A stretch of DNA of 64,000 nucleotides from a virus. The notes beneath the pieces were generated by a model, which did not search any database, was not told where the DNA came from, and saw only the letters and a list, made by a program, of their open reading frames with translations. Shown piece after piece: positions 33,201-42,350 of this stretch. Position 1 is the first letter of the stretch. Each line of letters starts with the position of its first letter. The stretch covers positions 3,310-67,309 of the IMG/VR virus record IMGVR_UViG_3300027985_000412, one strand, 5' to 3'. A program made the translations under genes and the position numbers.

Positions 33201-35856
33201 CTGCTGTTAAAGTTCTATTACCTAGAGTAACAGCCTCTAATCCTCCAACTTGAGCACTATAACTATCTACAAGACCAAGATTTTCAGTTTTTAATGTTTG
33301 GACTTGTTTTGTTAAATCATTATAAGTGTCTTTTTCTATTTGATTAGCATTTGCTAAATTATTTGTACTTGCTCGTAGAGTATTAATTTGTCCGTTTAAT
33401 TTAGCAATTTCACTACTATTTGCAGAATATTGTTTTCTAATATTTGCCAGATTTTTAGCTTGGTCAAGACTCTTTAAGTTGTTAACACTCTTGCCCATTT
33501 TAGAAACTTCTTTTTGGAAATTACTAAAGAAATTCCTAAAGACATTCTTTTTGGCAGAACCTTGAGACACTCCATCTGCAACTGCAGAACCAATTTCCTG
33601 CCCCTTCTTAACTGCCATAGAAGTAGCTAATCCAGATAGAATATTAGTTAATAAAGCTTTACCAAGTTTCATACCTGCAAATACAATTAGAACACGACCT
33701 ATAGCTCCACCAAAATCTCCGAAAGCATCGGTCACATCATTTATTGTATTAATGATACCAGTTAGTAGATCAATAAATCCTTTAATAACCGCAGAATTCG
33801 CCAGTCCCATATAGAACTGTTCCATCGCGTTCTTTAATTGATTTACTTTAGCTTCTAAGCTGTCTAGTGTCTTTTCAAATTGCTGCTGAGAAGCTCCTGC
33901 TGAATTTTGAGCAAATCCTACAAGTTCTACAGTACGCTTGTAGTTGTCCATCATAGCAATAAAACGAGACTGTTGACGAGAACCAGCAGCAATAGTAGCA
34001 ATATAACGCTGAGTGTTCTTATCTAATCCTTCCCATCTTGAGGCTAACTCTAAGAAAACATCATCCAAGTCGCGGAATTGTCCAGTAACTTCATCTCTTA
34101 AAGCTACTCCAACTTGGCGTAATGCTCCTTCAATTTTATTTGCATCAACGATTTCGCCATCAATCTCTCCAATTTCCGAAGGAGCTTTCTTTAGCTCTTG
34201 GAAACGAGCGATGATAGTTTTCATTGCTGTACCTAAGTTTTCAGGTGCTTCACGAGTAGTTTCAATCATCTGTGTTAAGAACGCAGACGTTGTTTCAAGT
34301 TCCATACCAGCAGATTTAGCAATTGAAGCTGTTCTTGTTAGAGCGCTAGCAATTTCTTCTGTATCTGCGGCGGTTTTAGCTGCTAATTGAGAGAAAACAT
34401 CGTTTACGCGAGTTGCATCTTCAATTTCGAGCTTAAAACCTTTAATAGCAGCAGTCATATAGTCCGTAGCTTTGGCATAATCCATACCAGCGATACGAGC
34501 CATTTTCATAGTCTCAGTAGAGACTTTCATGACTTCATTTTCTTTTAAACCTTGTTGGTAGTATAATTTAGCAGTATTATATAAACCTACTGTTGTACCA
34601 CCCATATCAGAAGCTATGTCAGCATACATATCTCTTTGCTTCCATAGATCTCCAATAGTCTTTGTTGTAACAACAGCAATATCTGTCATTGCTGAATCTA
34701 ATTCAGTAACACTCTGATATGCACTCCTAATTGCATTTCTTAATAGATAGAATCCATTTGTTAAACTGAAAACATAAGCAATTCGAGACTTAACCATATC
34801 TAACTCAGAAGCAAAACTCTGAGTGCGCTTAGCTGCTTGTTCAATATTCTGAACCGCAGGTTTAAATCCTTCTAAGCCTTGAACAGCTTCTTGTGCGCCA
34901 CCATTAACCTCTTTTAAACTATCAGTTAATCTTTTTGTTGCATCTGTTTTTAAAGATTCAATCTTACCCTTTAAGGCTTCTAACTCTTTTTGTGCAGTTG
35001 GAATACCTAAATCCTCAAATTGTCTTTTTAGCGCACTTAAAATAGACTGAGTTGTACCAATATCAGTCAGCTTTTGTTTTAATGTATCAGTATTTAATTG
35101 AGCCTTAATTAAAGATGCATTCGCTAGATCAATTTGTTGTTGAATGCCCTGAATATTAACTAATTGCTCCTTCTTTTCTGGCTTAGTAATTCTCTTATTA
35201 GCATCAGCTTCAGCAGAGCTTTTAAAAGTATCAGCGTATTTCTTCTCGGCCGCAGTTTTCTCATTAATTAAAGCTGTTACTTTAGTCTGAGCTTCACTTT
35301 GTTTACGCTCAGCTTCTACGATGGCAGCATTAATCTGAGTACTTGCATCCTGCAAATACTTATTAAAATCTACCCCATTAGAGACCATTTCAACAAGACC
35401 CTTACCACTTAAAGCTCTTGTTCCAATCCTTCCAAATTTATCAATCTCTTGCTTTGCATTACTCATCGACTCAGAGAATTGATGCATTCCATCTTCAATT
35501 GTCTTAATATTTTGACGGAAAGCTTGGAAGTTAACGTTGCTTGTTAGATCTATCTTTGTATGACCAACTTTAACTATTTCTTTTTGAAGGTTCGATAATA
35601 AACCACCAAGATTGGTGAAGCTTTTATTTAAACTTTGTACATCTGCCATTGACTTGAAACTACTACTAGCTTTAGTTGTAAAGTTAGTTAATTCCTTGTC
35701 AATTCTAGAAAATAAGTTTGTAAATGAACCTTGCAGTTCTGTTGGCAGACTAAGTCCTTTTAATGCAGCTTGCGCGCGATTAATACCATTAATAATCTTA
35801 CTAACGTCTAAATCAGCAATACCTTGGATATTAAACGTTGTTGTTGCCTTAGCCAT
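27283..35856 (-). CDS. tape measure protein with C-terminal peptidoglycan-binding domain
   Basis: 2857 aa, Ala/Glu-rich and helical, with a TP901-type TMP core; PG_binding_1-like GQQVKAIQYALNKLGY...IDGVFGSGTTSAVKAFQ...DGVVGNKT. Confidence 0.92.
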   Translation of the reverse strand: MAKATTTFNIQGIADLDVSKIINGINRAQAALKGLSLPTELQGSFTNLFSRIDKELTNFTTKASSSFKSMADVQSLNKSFTNLGGLLSNLQKEIVKVGHTKIDLTSNVNFQAFRQNIKTIEDGMHQFSESMSNAKQEIDKFGRIGTRALSGKGLVEMVSNGVDFNKYLQDASTQINAAIVEAERKQSEAQTKVTALINEKTAAEKKYADTFKSSAEADANKRITKPEKKEQLVNIQGIQQQIDLANASLIKAQLNTDTLKQKLTDIGTTQSILSALKRQFEDLGIPTAQKELEALKGKIESLKTDATKRLTDSLKEVNGGAQEAVQGLEGFKPAVQNIEQAAKRTQSFASELDMVKSRIAYVFSLTNGFYLLRNAIRSAYQSVTELDSAMTDIAVVTTKTIGDLWKQRDMYADIASDMGGTTVGLYNTAKLYYQQGLKENEVMKVSTETMKMARIAGMDYAKATDYMTAAIKGFKLEIEDATRVNDVFSQLAAKTAADTEEIASALTRTASIAKSAGMELETTSAFLTQMIETTREAPENLGTAMKTIIARFQELKKAPSEIGEIDGEIVDANKIEGALRQVGVALRDEVTGQFRDLDDVFLELASRWEGLDKNTQRYIATIAAGSRQQSRFIAMMDNYKRTVELVGFAQNSAGASQQQFEKTLDSLEAKVNQLKNAMEQFYMGLANSAVIKGFIDLLTGIINTINDVTDAFGDFGGAIGRVLIVFAGMKLGKALLTNILSGLATSMAVKKGQEIGSAVADGVSQGSAKKNVFRNFFSNFQKEVSKMGKSVNNLKSLDQAKNLANIRKQYSANSSEIAKLNGQINTLRASTNNLANANQIEKDTYNDLTKQVQTLKTENLGLVDSYSAQVGGLEAVTLGNRTLTAAEIQTLSARMANNGVTATQLALLTASETAKYADALASGNSAAMTQLETTAKLREQIAAKGGIAAKLMEISLAIKENGLKGLAIALTGAKVGADAAETAGLWAKAAALWATYWPLLAIAAVLAVVVGGIVLLSNAIKNASIEAQIERAASAAEAAKAAFSDANEALDDLLAAKDEYGDTQEALEQLTVGTDAWKQALIEANQQVLALLSSYPKLAEYIANQDGHLTIQSEGWDAILEAQREFIANAQVAQIGAQREQLQLESQKRTSDLADTMWAEGLVNVSSTYTSADGYVSGDEFQMDILSNNVDKLSRLFAENSQLLQGTYDETTGELQMPANFASEVTSVLLSSLTPEQQANEYQVSLLVDALWENRQALLDNGVALNNMDTQTKAMAQSLMAAKFSQNEAIAGSENANVVAQIASQNFDQAYKTLSDEVGAKGISDEERQQYADAMGYTWTKGNKFIDQSGQEVELKDSDISKGLGAQQAAAQLEEQGEQLVNIIGRLNNGLSDNLDGAKDVFSKLVTGDTSIESGAINDLISKLDIADSDINQMLASLSAEDLSALLGKTVENTEDGIAAAQEEFRGYLRDSALGIQKTQRKQLKGLIQSLRKTMKKEASPEEMAQVLAGLSDEQKTFMSNLVPQVETALGTGGLSEFWAGMTDIFTQGDEELAQRATEIFGNIDWSNPITAADALGTAVQSADEKIRGLAASLLVAGQDAYSSGAQFQYFVNSAEFSELQENIGDVIEENGKLNASNIEEIADSSENLSKILKNTGVSAEGLAKAITSLYKGEATLAGLTSRVLEAISKFDGLNATVERAFKTMEDFDPGFDEGEIGEWVNEITEASEEMYKGGEYGNTQLQNYLKLLFGEDQWNQALKDAEGNLKTVEKQFLDRLKVIEGNLYGAWEDLANDSTTDIFSKMADGSIFVDVGTMTTDQLVSKIAEAYNVSKEYAEFMLTDFKNFSYDIQAELAANDFTAGIKEVYDNLGQTRTLVGRGQNFGDQDQYQGSGIYRNQKFISEEEIAALAATSGKTKDEILTALAEQAGIDVENITGTLEQALAEKGIKITDFFDEDGMLKSSEEIVNQLNTAFSEFDGGTFMDSFITRVNDGGKIALEDLQNELRNLGIPEEALNGITEDLISAYNEGLDPDEQIQLTTVVNGEEVAVDLSEGLSSGVEMAQKEADWDGLAEAVATALSTVDATGAADSLQGAFEAKYSTITDGISNAIKAGVPTSLPDVPVKITPSLTKTTVTGSSTGATVRLSMYRKGTGKKGALPGPALVGEVAPELIQTKDGAFVAGLNGPEVVDLDRKDIVYDGDQTKQILKGGTPLGYMPRFATGYENPGSQTGGSNSGKGGKGGSADEWKNSYDWLYNLLQQINGELRTREKLEWQYNRALKDNNKSVKDLLKNYQAQEASLKQQQAYYEDLRKKRLDEANKVESEYKDLSKYAKYNEQTGLVEINWDEINKVKDSDKGDRIEEYISKLEGIQDSIYDAEDSLMDIQDQLDELKEQGKDDYQDLESRVLDAIIAREQEVIDNLGSINESINNSNTRLLDSIQKAIDEERRAREQENARQDIEEKQRRLALLQRDSSDANALEIKKLQDEIAQDQENYTDTLIDTKITELQDQNNEAAEQRERQIELLQNQLDYAVKNGEYWEEAYDLISSAFGVDGTLDPDSALAQLLQTQEGWDGLSNVGKDTWWNELTTVFKNALVWYSQNTDMSSKAGQTITFTDAEGNQVTGTVASDGSVTVGGKKYTGIFQMPDGTYQTVTAATEAGGGGGGGTPTPDPVEDYPYGKASTTSGNIKAGQKGQQVKAIQYALNKLGYGNSGTKSIDGVFGSGTTSAVKAFQRAMGLSADGVVGNKTRAKFQTKGYLKGGLADYTGPAWMDGTPSRPELVLDAQDTKNFLVLKDVLSDAMEGRPGTYEKGGDNYFEVHIEVDELANDYDVEQVAEKVKKIINADARYRNVNAINLLR

Positions 35857-35872
35857 ATCTTTTCCTCCAAAT

Positions 35873-35907
35873 AAAAAAATCAGTATTAATCAAAATTAAT
35901 ACTGATT
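35873..35907 (-). terminator. intrinsic terminator immediately upstream of the TMP gene
   Basis: 13-bp stem AATCAGTATTAAT/ATTAATACTGATT followed by a U-tract on the - strand. Confidence 0.65.
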
Positions 35908-35915
35908 CAAAGTGA

Positions 35916-36704
35916 TTATATATCACTATCTATGTCGTCGTTTAATAAAACCATATCCAGAACAGTTTTATTTCCTTTACTCCCAACTGGATAACCTACG
36001 CCCGTAAAGTTTGCCATTAACGGGTCAGCCTGTAATCCCAGTCGCATAGATAAATCAGACATTAATTTTAACTTTGGAATTGTAATAATTCCTGTTACAG
36101 TATGCCCAGTTGTATCGTCCTTTACTCGCGTTTTTCCTTCGAGACGTAAGAAACCAGCTAATAATTGCTGACCAATCTTAATGACAGTTGCCCCCTTGTC
36201 ATACTCGAAGTTGTAATTTATCCTTGTATCTAGAAAAGCATTGTCAATTTGAATTATTTTAGAATCTACAAAAGTATAATCTAATTTAGAACCAGTCTCT
36301 TTATCTATCACAAAAACTTTTTGTTGATAAGGAGCTTCGCCTAATTCAATATAACCTGCTTCATTGCTCTCTTTCTCTTCTGTTTTAGGAACAAGTATTC
36401 CTTCTGAAATTGAAATATCTACTAACCTAGAGTTGCTTAATAGGGCTAATTGAATCTTAGAGAATACTCCCTGAGAGAAGTTAAAAATAACCTCTTTTGT
36501 TTCATCCCAATGAACCAATGCTCTATTATCATATCCGCCTCTTGCGGCGGTATGAGTTTTAACTTCGGAAGTAGTGCTAATTCTAACCTTATCGAATAAG
36601 GCTATAATTTCGCCTTCTTCAATTTCACGTTCTCCTACTTTCATAGGATAAGTAGCTTTTAACGCCACTTCGTATAATTCTTTCATCCCAAGTAAATTAT
36701 CCAT
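35916..36704 (-). CDS. tail tube protein paralogue
   Basis: Shares GxKE, ARGGxxNxxLxxWDxxKE and IPKxK motifs with 36774-37505; start set at MDNLL after an AGAGGT RBS. Confidence 0.7.
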   Translation of the reverse strand: MDNLLGMKELYEVALKATYPMKVGEREIEEGEIIALFDKVRISTTSEVKTHTAARGGYDNRALVHWDETKEVIFNFSQGVFSKIQLALLSNSRLVDISISEGILVPKTEEKESNEAGYIELGEAPYQQKVFVIDKETGSKLDYTFVDSKIIQIDNAFLDTRINYNFEYDKGATVIKIGQQLLAGFLRLEGKTRVKDDTTGHTVTGIITIPKLKLMSDLSMRLGLQADPLMANFTGVGYPVGSKGNKTVLDMVLLNDDIDSDI

Positions 36705-36727
36705 AATGCTCTTACCTCTTTTAAATG

Positions 36728-36760
36728 AAAAAAAGGGTGGATGTCCCACCATCCACCCTT
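36728..36760 (-). terminator. intrinsic terminator after the major tail gene
   Basis: AAGGGTGGATG / CATCCACCCTT stem followed by a U-tract on the - strand. Confidence 0.8.
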
Positions 36761-36773
36761 AGGCTTTCAGTTC

Positions 36774-37505
36774 TTACGCCTGTGGTACGTCGTATTTCAC
36801 AAGCTTCATCATCTTACCATCAGATGGACGTAGAACACGAAGACTCATATTGAATACAGAAGGATCGCCTTCAGCTTCAAGAGTAATCGTATTTTCCGCT
36901 TGCATCTTAGCTTTCGGAATGATGAACTGGAAGTATTCGTCCCTACCAGTCTTTTCTGCTCTAGCAAACGTATCGCCAGTTACATAATATGTGCCTGGGA
37001 AGCTATTTGCAGAGATTTCAATCGTACCCGGATTCGACGCATCGAATGTGAATGTAGCAAAATACATGCCATCGGCAGTTAACTCTCCTGCGGTTACAGA
37101 AGCACCTGCTTCGTTATAGTATACTGCTCCAGCAATAGCTTGTGTATTGCCATTCGCATCGACCCACTGGGTTGGTACTGTTGTACCAGTAAATTGGATG
37201 GTTTTCTTTATGCTTTGCGAAGCTGTGCTTACGCTACCATTACCGAACATGATTGACAGAGATTTAGCAGAGAATAACGCGTCCTCAAGAGTAACTGTAA
37301 TCTCTTTGCCGTAGTCCCAGATGATAAGTGGTGGGTTACCCTTACCGCCACGAGCTTCGGCCTGTTCTGCTGTCTGTTCGATAGTAGAAACCTTTAATGT
37401 ATCCAAGTATAATACTGGCGCGCCTGGTCCACCTGTTGCATCTATTTCGTAAAACGTAACGTCCGCAACTTCCTTAATGCCGTATTTTTCTAAAATACTT
37501 GCCAT
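36774..37505 (-). CDS. major tail (tube) protein
   Basis: Position in the module, strong RBS and downstream terminator; C-terminal FIIPKAK...EAEGDPSVFNM. Confidence 0.75.
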   Translation of the reverse strand: MASILEKYGIKEVADVTFYEIDATGGPGAPVLYLDTLKVSTIEQTAEQAEARGGKGNPPLIIWDYGKEITVTLEDALFSAKSLSIMFGNGSVSTASQSIKKTIQFTGTTVPTQWVDANGNTQAIAGAVYYNEAGASVTAGELTADGMYFATFTFDASNPGTIEISANSFPGTYYVTGDTFARAEKTGRDEYFQFIIPKAKMQAENTITLEAEGDPSVFNMSLRVLRPSDGKMMKLVKYDVPQA

Positions 37506-37524
37506 TTCGTAATGACCTCCTACT

Positions 37525-38268
37525 TTAATCGTTTAGATTCCTAATCCAATACTTAGGCTTAACTTTTTTAGAATCCGCGCCAGCCATTAGACTAGCAACA
37601 TCGGTTTCATATTTTTCTTTCGCCTGATACTGCTTAATTAGAACATTAAGCGCACCATAGGCTAACTCTCCAATATTAAGTGGAGTAATTCCAAGTCCCA
37701 TACAGCAAAGTGATACCATAGACGTTTTTAAAGAAATTCCTAAGCCTTTTTCAGCCTTAATCCTATCTCTTAAACGCGCTTTCGCTTTAATACGTTTCAC
37801 TCGTGGGTCTTCATCTGGTCGCGGAGGCTCAATAGCCTTCTCTCCCAAGCATAAGCGTATTTGATTTTGGAAATCGAAATAGTTCTCTTCTTTAAGTAAT
37901 CGAACCTTTTCCAAACTCTTGATTTTTGATATTTCTCCAATTAAAATTTCTTTTCGGTCTGTTAGAAGTGTAACATTTTCATGAATGAAGAACATAAAAG
38001 CATCCTTTACTACTTGAGCGAAATCTTTATTAACTTCACTATTTTTAAATAGATACTCCATTGGAGTAGGTACTTTTATTGAATTACCTTCTAAATCAGT
38101 CTTATCAACAAATTCATCCTCAAGCTCTTCTTGAGAAATAGTTAAGACTTTCCGAATAGCGTTAAACTTTTGTTGGAGAGCTAAAACTTCACGGATAGAG
38201 GGAGGATAAATGAGAAATTTATTCTGAAAATTAACAGGTTCTCGAATGAAGATATATTCATCAATCAT
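37525..38268 (-). CDS. hypothetical tail-assembly protein
   Basis: 247-aa ORF in the neck/tail module. Confidence 0.55.
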   Translation of the reverse strand: MIDEYIFIREPVNFQNKFLIYPPSIREVLALQQKFNAIRKVLTISQEELEDEFVDKTDLEGNSIKVPTPMEYLFKNSEVNKDFAQVVKDAFMFFIHENVTLLTDRKEILIGEISKIKSLEKVRLLKEENYFDFQNQIRLCLGEKAIEPPRPDEDPRVKRIKAKARLRDRIKAEKGLGISLKTSMVSLCCMGLGITPLNIGELAYGALNVLIKQYQAKEKYETDVASLMAGADSKKVKPKYWIRNLND

Positions 38269-38746
38269 AACCAGTAATACTGAATCGCATTAAATAACAA
38301 GAAACATCCTCTGTTAAATAATTCAATTCAAAATCTCCGCCATCTAGTTTTCCTATTCCGTGAACGCTTTTACCTTTTAAGGATTTTTGTATCTCGCCCA
38401 TTATTAAAAATGGTCGAAGACTCTCGCTTTTCATTATCCATTGAGTTAAAGGAGTTAATACTTCAATTTCCAATAAGAAATCTCTATATTCCTCATTATT
38501 AGCATTTAAAATACCAGCTCTAACTCGCATACCGATTAAACTTTGGGCATTTTCTTTGGAACCTGCTAATGGAATCATTAGAATCAATTTATGTAAAAGT
38601 TTAGCTTTTACGTCTTGAATTTCAGGCTGCGCCAGGGGATCTTTATCAGTATAGTATAGTAATTTACACAAGTTTTGATTAGCTAGTAGGCGCTCAGCTA
38701 TTAATCTAAGATTGGCGCCCAGTTCACCTAAATTACGCACACTCAT
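38261..38746 (-). CDS. putative tail terminator / neck protein
   Basis: Position and size (161 aa); overlaps its neighbours. Confidence 0.5.
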   Translation of the reverse strand: MSVRNLGELGANLRLIAERLLANQNLCKLLYYTDKDPLAQPEIQDVKAKLLHKLILMIPLAGSKENAQSLIGMRVRAGILNANNEEYRDFLLEIEVLTPLTQWIMKSESLRPFLIMGEIQKSLKGKSVHGIGKLDGGDFELNYLTEDVSCYLMRFSITGYD

Positions 38747-39474
38747 GATTGATTATCCTCCTTAAACCAATAAAAGTCATTTGGATTATCTCCAATTTGT
38801 TGTTGTGGAGGAGGAGTTAGATCTCTCTCATAAGTTGGATCTATTGAAATATAGGCAACTCCAAGAGTCGACTGAATATCTAATCCAGTAACAAGATATC
38901 TCTCCGTTAAATCAGTTCCCATTTGAGAATTGATCACATAATCATCTTTATTAATTAGCTTTGTAGTTGGCATAATCATAAAGTGAGATTTCCTATCTTC
39001 TGAATAGAGCATCATTGTTCTTCCAGAAATAAGTTCGTCTCTTAGTGTGACTGCTCCAGGGCCGAATAGATAACATAGTGAACCTTGAGAATTCCCATCT
39101 TTATCAATCCATGAGACATAATGTGTCATACGAATTAATATATATCTATTATAACCACTAGATTTAATCTTTTCTAGGAAGAAAATCATCCAAGACTCTT
39201 CAATTCCATCTTTATTCGGAATTGAGAGGATGGTTCCTCCTGGGATATTTGTATCAACGCGCACCAATAGATATTGTAATGTGCGAGTTTCATCTTGTTT
39301 ATACCTCTTTAATAAACCTACTGTTTCTTCTTCATTAAAAAGAAATGAAACACGATTAGGGCTCTTCAGAAGTAAATTTTCAAACTCTTTCTCTCGCTGT
39401 CCTTGAATACGCGATTGATAGTCAGTACCAAAACGATTAAGTCTTTTTAGATAAATATCTTCAAAATAACTCAT
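38743..39474 (-). CDS. putative head-closure / neck protein
   Basis: Position between head and tail genes. Confidence 0.5.
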   Translation of the reverse strand: MSYFEDIYLKRLNRFGTDYQSRIQGQREKEFENLLLKSPNRVSFLFNEEETVGLLKRYKQDETRTLQYLLVRVDTNIPGGTILSIPNKDGIEESWMIFFLEKIKSSGYNRYILIRMTHYVSWIDKDGNSQGSLCYLFGPGAVTLRDELISGRTMMLYSEDRKSHFMIMPTTKLINKDDYVINSQMGTDLTERYLVTGLDIQSTLGVAYISIDPTYERDLTPPPQQQIGDNPNDFYWFKEDNQS

Positions 39475-39733
39475 CGACTTTCTCCACTAAATTCATACAA
39501 TCAAAGATTGTAGAACGAAAATACTCGTATTTTAAGTATCGTAATGTGGATAATTTATGAAATAGAATGTAATAGTTAATGGTTCTTTTATCTTCCTCAA
39601 AGCCCATTAGTTCAATTAGAATTGAGTCAAGGAATTTCTCCCATTCTCTTTCTTTCTCAAACTCACATAATAAGCCGAAAAGCTTATTCTTGAGTTTATT
39701 ATTATAGGCTTCATGAATAGAATCAGACGGCAT
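39461..39733 (-). CDS. hypothetical protein
   Basis: 90-aa ORF overlapping neighbours in the operon. Confidence 0.55.
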   Translation of the reverse strand: MPSDSIHEAYNNKLKNKLFGLLCEFEKEREWEKFLDSILIELMGFEEDKRTINYYILFHKLSTLRYLKYEYFRSTIFDCMNLVEKVDELF

Positions 39734-40166
39734 TTGGATCTCCAGCTAATTTACTAAAGCTATATGGTTTACCTTTAACTGAACGATAGTAATTACGCTC
39801 ACGAAGGCGCGCATTTTTCTGTTCAGTCTCTAATAGCTTTATAAATTTATCAAGAAGATTCCCTTGAGAGAAATCTCGCTCTGCATAAAGCGGCTTAATG
39901 TTCTCCCAAGTTAGTATAGTTCTATTTAACCATTCACATTTCATAAAACAGGCAATAACCTGTATTTCATCGTTACTTAGTTCATCACTAAGAAAACCAT
40001 CATCGTCTCGTTCAAGACTTACGCGAGGAAATTTAAAGTTAGGAATGGCGCCCTCTAAGATAGCTCGGACATCAATATAGACTTCTGTAATAGTCCAGTC
40101 TTCCCATTCCCCATCGTCAAGTAACTTGGCAAAGAAGGCGTCATATACCTTTTCATATGGTACCAT
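39723..40166 (-). CDS. putative head-tail adaptor
   Basis: 147-aa helical protein two genes after the capsid gene. Confidence 0.55.
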   Translation of the reverse strand: MVPYEKVYDAFFAKLLDDGEWEDWTITEVYIDVRAILEGAIPNFKFPRVSLERDDDGFLSDELSNDEIQVIACFMKCEWLNRTILTWENIKPLYAERDFSQGNLLDKFIKLLETEQKNARLRERNYYRSVKGKPYSFSKLAGDPNAV

Positions 40167-40168
40167 GA

Positions 40169-40645
40169 TTATTCCTCCTTAGCTTTCTGCTCCAATACTA
40201 CGGCCTGTAAGATATCAATTCCACACGCGGCTTTGATAATCTTGGCTCTTTCTATGTCAATCATTTGATTCTGAATTGCATACTGCGCTAAATCTATCCG
40301 CTGTTCTTTGGATAATTTTTGAACCATTGTTTTAAACTCCTGCAACGGAGCCACTGTTAAATAACGCTTTTTCTGTGCGTCATTAAGAACAATGATGTTG
40401 ACTGGTTCTGTTGCATCTTCCGGTTCGAGCTCAAGGTCTTTCTTTTGCTGTAAATCTTCAACATATAAAATGCCGTGGTCGAACATATATTTTACGCTTG
40501 GGTCATAAAGAGCATTTGTTAAGGTTTCCTTATCAATCGGAACCTTAGCTCCTTTCCCCTTCCATTCTTTTCTTAATTTTAAATCTGCTACAGTAATACC
40601 TACTTGGGCGTTAACTGTGCTTACTACCATAACTTTTTCATTCAT
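40169..40645 (-). CDS. hypothetical protein
   Basis: AGGAG RBS; follows the capsid terminator. Confidence 0.6.
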   Translation of the reverse strand: MNEKVMVVSTVNAQVGITVADLKLRKEWKGKGAKVPIDKETLTNALYDPSVKYMFDHGILYVEDLQQKKDLELEPEDATEPVNIIVLNDAQKKRYLTVAPLQEFKTMVQKLSKEQRIDLAQYAIQNQMIDIERAKIIKAACGIDILQAVVLEQKAKEE

Positions 40646-40673
40646 GAGTGAAATCTCCTTTTTCTCTTAAATT

Positions 40674-40705
40674 AAAATAAGGGAGGAGGTAAAACTCCTC
40701 CCTTA
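40674..40705 (-). terminator. intrinsic terminator after the major capsid gene
   Basis: TAAGGGAGGAG / CTCCTCCCTTA 11-bp stem followed by U residues. Confidence 0.8.
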
Positions 40706-40709
40706 CATT

Positions 40710-41756
40710 TTATATACCATAGGGCTGGTCGGAAGTATCTGTGATAGCTGTGTTCTGGTAAATACCCCAGTTGTGATGAGCCATAATAGCAACACCCATT
40801 TTCTTGTAGGTATGGATTTCCAGAGAGTTATCACGGTTTTTGAAGTCGTTAATCTGTGTTTCTCCTTCGATAACCACCTTAACAACTTTCTCGCCACCTG
40901 TTGGCAGCACGTATGCTAACTGCGGATCAATCCAAGTCTTATCGTTGTTTTCATCAATGAATGATTGAGGAATCTGAACGATTGGAGTTCCGCGGAAGAT
41001 ATTGATGTAACCCGTGTTATGGATAGCATCGATATCCTGTGGATGATACACGCCTTGATAGTTTGCTCCAACAGGAACAATCGCATCAGGACCCATAGCA
41101 CCAACGAATTCCGGTGGAGCAAAGATTATAGCATCTCTACCATAAGCTTTTACCACTCCGCAAAGTTTGAACATCTTATCAGCATCGAAGCCGTTTTCAA
41201 TGTAAACGTTTGCTGCTGGTCTAGAAACCGCTGTTAAAGCTGCTTTTAGAGCCTTCTGAACTTCGATGAAGACCGCGTCTGTCATTCCTTCCAGAATGAT
41301 CTCCATTAAGTCAGACATTGTTTCCGCGCCATCTAAGAATCTTTCGAAGTCGATAGTCGCTGCTCCACCAACGGCGTTCACAGCCACTTCAAACGTATCG
41401 CTATCTAGACGGAACGTTTCGTACACACCCGACAGACCAACCTGAGTTAAGAACTGTTTAGCGCGCATTTTACCAAGCTTTCTCTTGAAAGTTGGTTTCA
41501 CATTCTGAGCAACCACACGCACTTCTGCGAAGATACCCAGAGCGTCAATCACTTTTTTAGGAACAATTTCATCAGCCGTTTCGATGATGATCTGATAGAT
41601 ATCATAGCGATTCTGCATGAACTTGTTCACTGAACCAGCAATTCCCTTCATTTGGTCAAGCAATGCCACATTGACGTTTTCCGCAGAGAAGGTTGCTGGC
41701 GCTGTGCCTTTAGCTGCATGTAGAGCAAGCTCTTTCATTTCTTGTAAAGTAGCCAT
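40710..41756 (-). CDS. major capsid protein
   Basis: 348 aa, strong RBS, terminator behind it, canonical position after portal and protease; GYINIFRGTPIV resembles an HK97-fold C-terminal motif. Confidence 0.8.
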   Translation of the reverse strand: MATLQEMKELALHAAKGTAPATFSAENVNVALLDQMKGIAGSVNKFMQNRYDIYQIIIETADEIVPKKVIDALGIFAEVRVVAQNVKPTFKRKLGKMRAKQFLTQVGLSGVYETFRLDSDTFEVAVNAVGGAATIDFERFLDGAETMSDLMEIILEGMTDAVFIEVQKALKAALTAVSRPAANVYIENGFDADKMFKLCGVVKAYGRDAIIFAPPEFVGAMGPDAIVPVGANYQGVYHPQDIDAIHNTGYINIFRGTPIVQIPQSFIDENNDKTWIDPQLAYVLPTGGEKVVKVVIEGETQINDFKNRDNSLEIHTYKKMGVAIMAHHNWGIYQNTAITDTSDQPYGI

Positions 41757-41777
41757 TATATAAACCTCCTTCCTTAA

Positions 41778-42332
41778 TTACGCCTTGATAACTTGGAATT
41801 TAACACCAAGCGTACCATCCGGCATTGTAGTTTTCTTAACTGCCTGTAGGGTTACAGATTCAGTTGTAGGTGCAGTATTAGTTAATTTAATAGCACCGTT
41901 CGAGCAATAAGTACCATATAACGGAGTCGTTAATGCACCTAATGCTACTAAGAGAGCTGCCTCGTCTGCGAATTCGGTATCATCGTAAGCAATGCAGTTT
42001 GTAGTAAACTTATCGCCTGTTGCAAGATAACCTAAACGAGGAGGAAACTCCGTTTTCCCTAACTTAAAATTCTTTAAGCCAGGAGTTCTTTCGTCATAGA
42101 TGTGCTCTGAGCTGTAGTTTAATGCTACTAACTGAGCGTCAGCATCTGCCGGAAGCTTCACTGTACGAGAAACATTATCCACTAATAGCAACATGCCATT
42201 CTCGGCAACTGCTGTAGCGAAGTCTGTTCCATCTAGCTTGCACTGAGCTTCGATGCGACCATCTCTACGAAAGGCCACATTATTCAGTTCAATCTGGCCG
42301 TAGCCACTGATGACTAATCTTTGTAGAGCCAT
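41778..42332 (-). CDS. putative capsid decoration/cement protein
   Basis: 184 aa between the scaffold and capsid genes; strong RBS. Confidence 0.55.
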   Translation of the reverse strand: MALQRLVISGYGQIELNNVAFRRDGRIEAQCKLDGTDFATAVAENGMLLLVDNVSRTVKLPADADAQLVALNYSSEHIYDERTPGLKNFKLGKTEFPPRLGYLATGDKFTTNCIAYDDTEFADEAALLVALGALTTPLYGTYCSNGAIKLTNTAPTTESVTLQAVKKTTMPDGTLGVKFQVIKA

Positions 42333-42350
42333 TTCTTTTTCTCCTCCAAA

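Noticed and set aside
35804-35811. ACGTCTAA half-site near the start of the TMP gene
   Set aside because: A single 8-mer inside coding sequence with no partner arm is compatible with chance.
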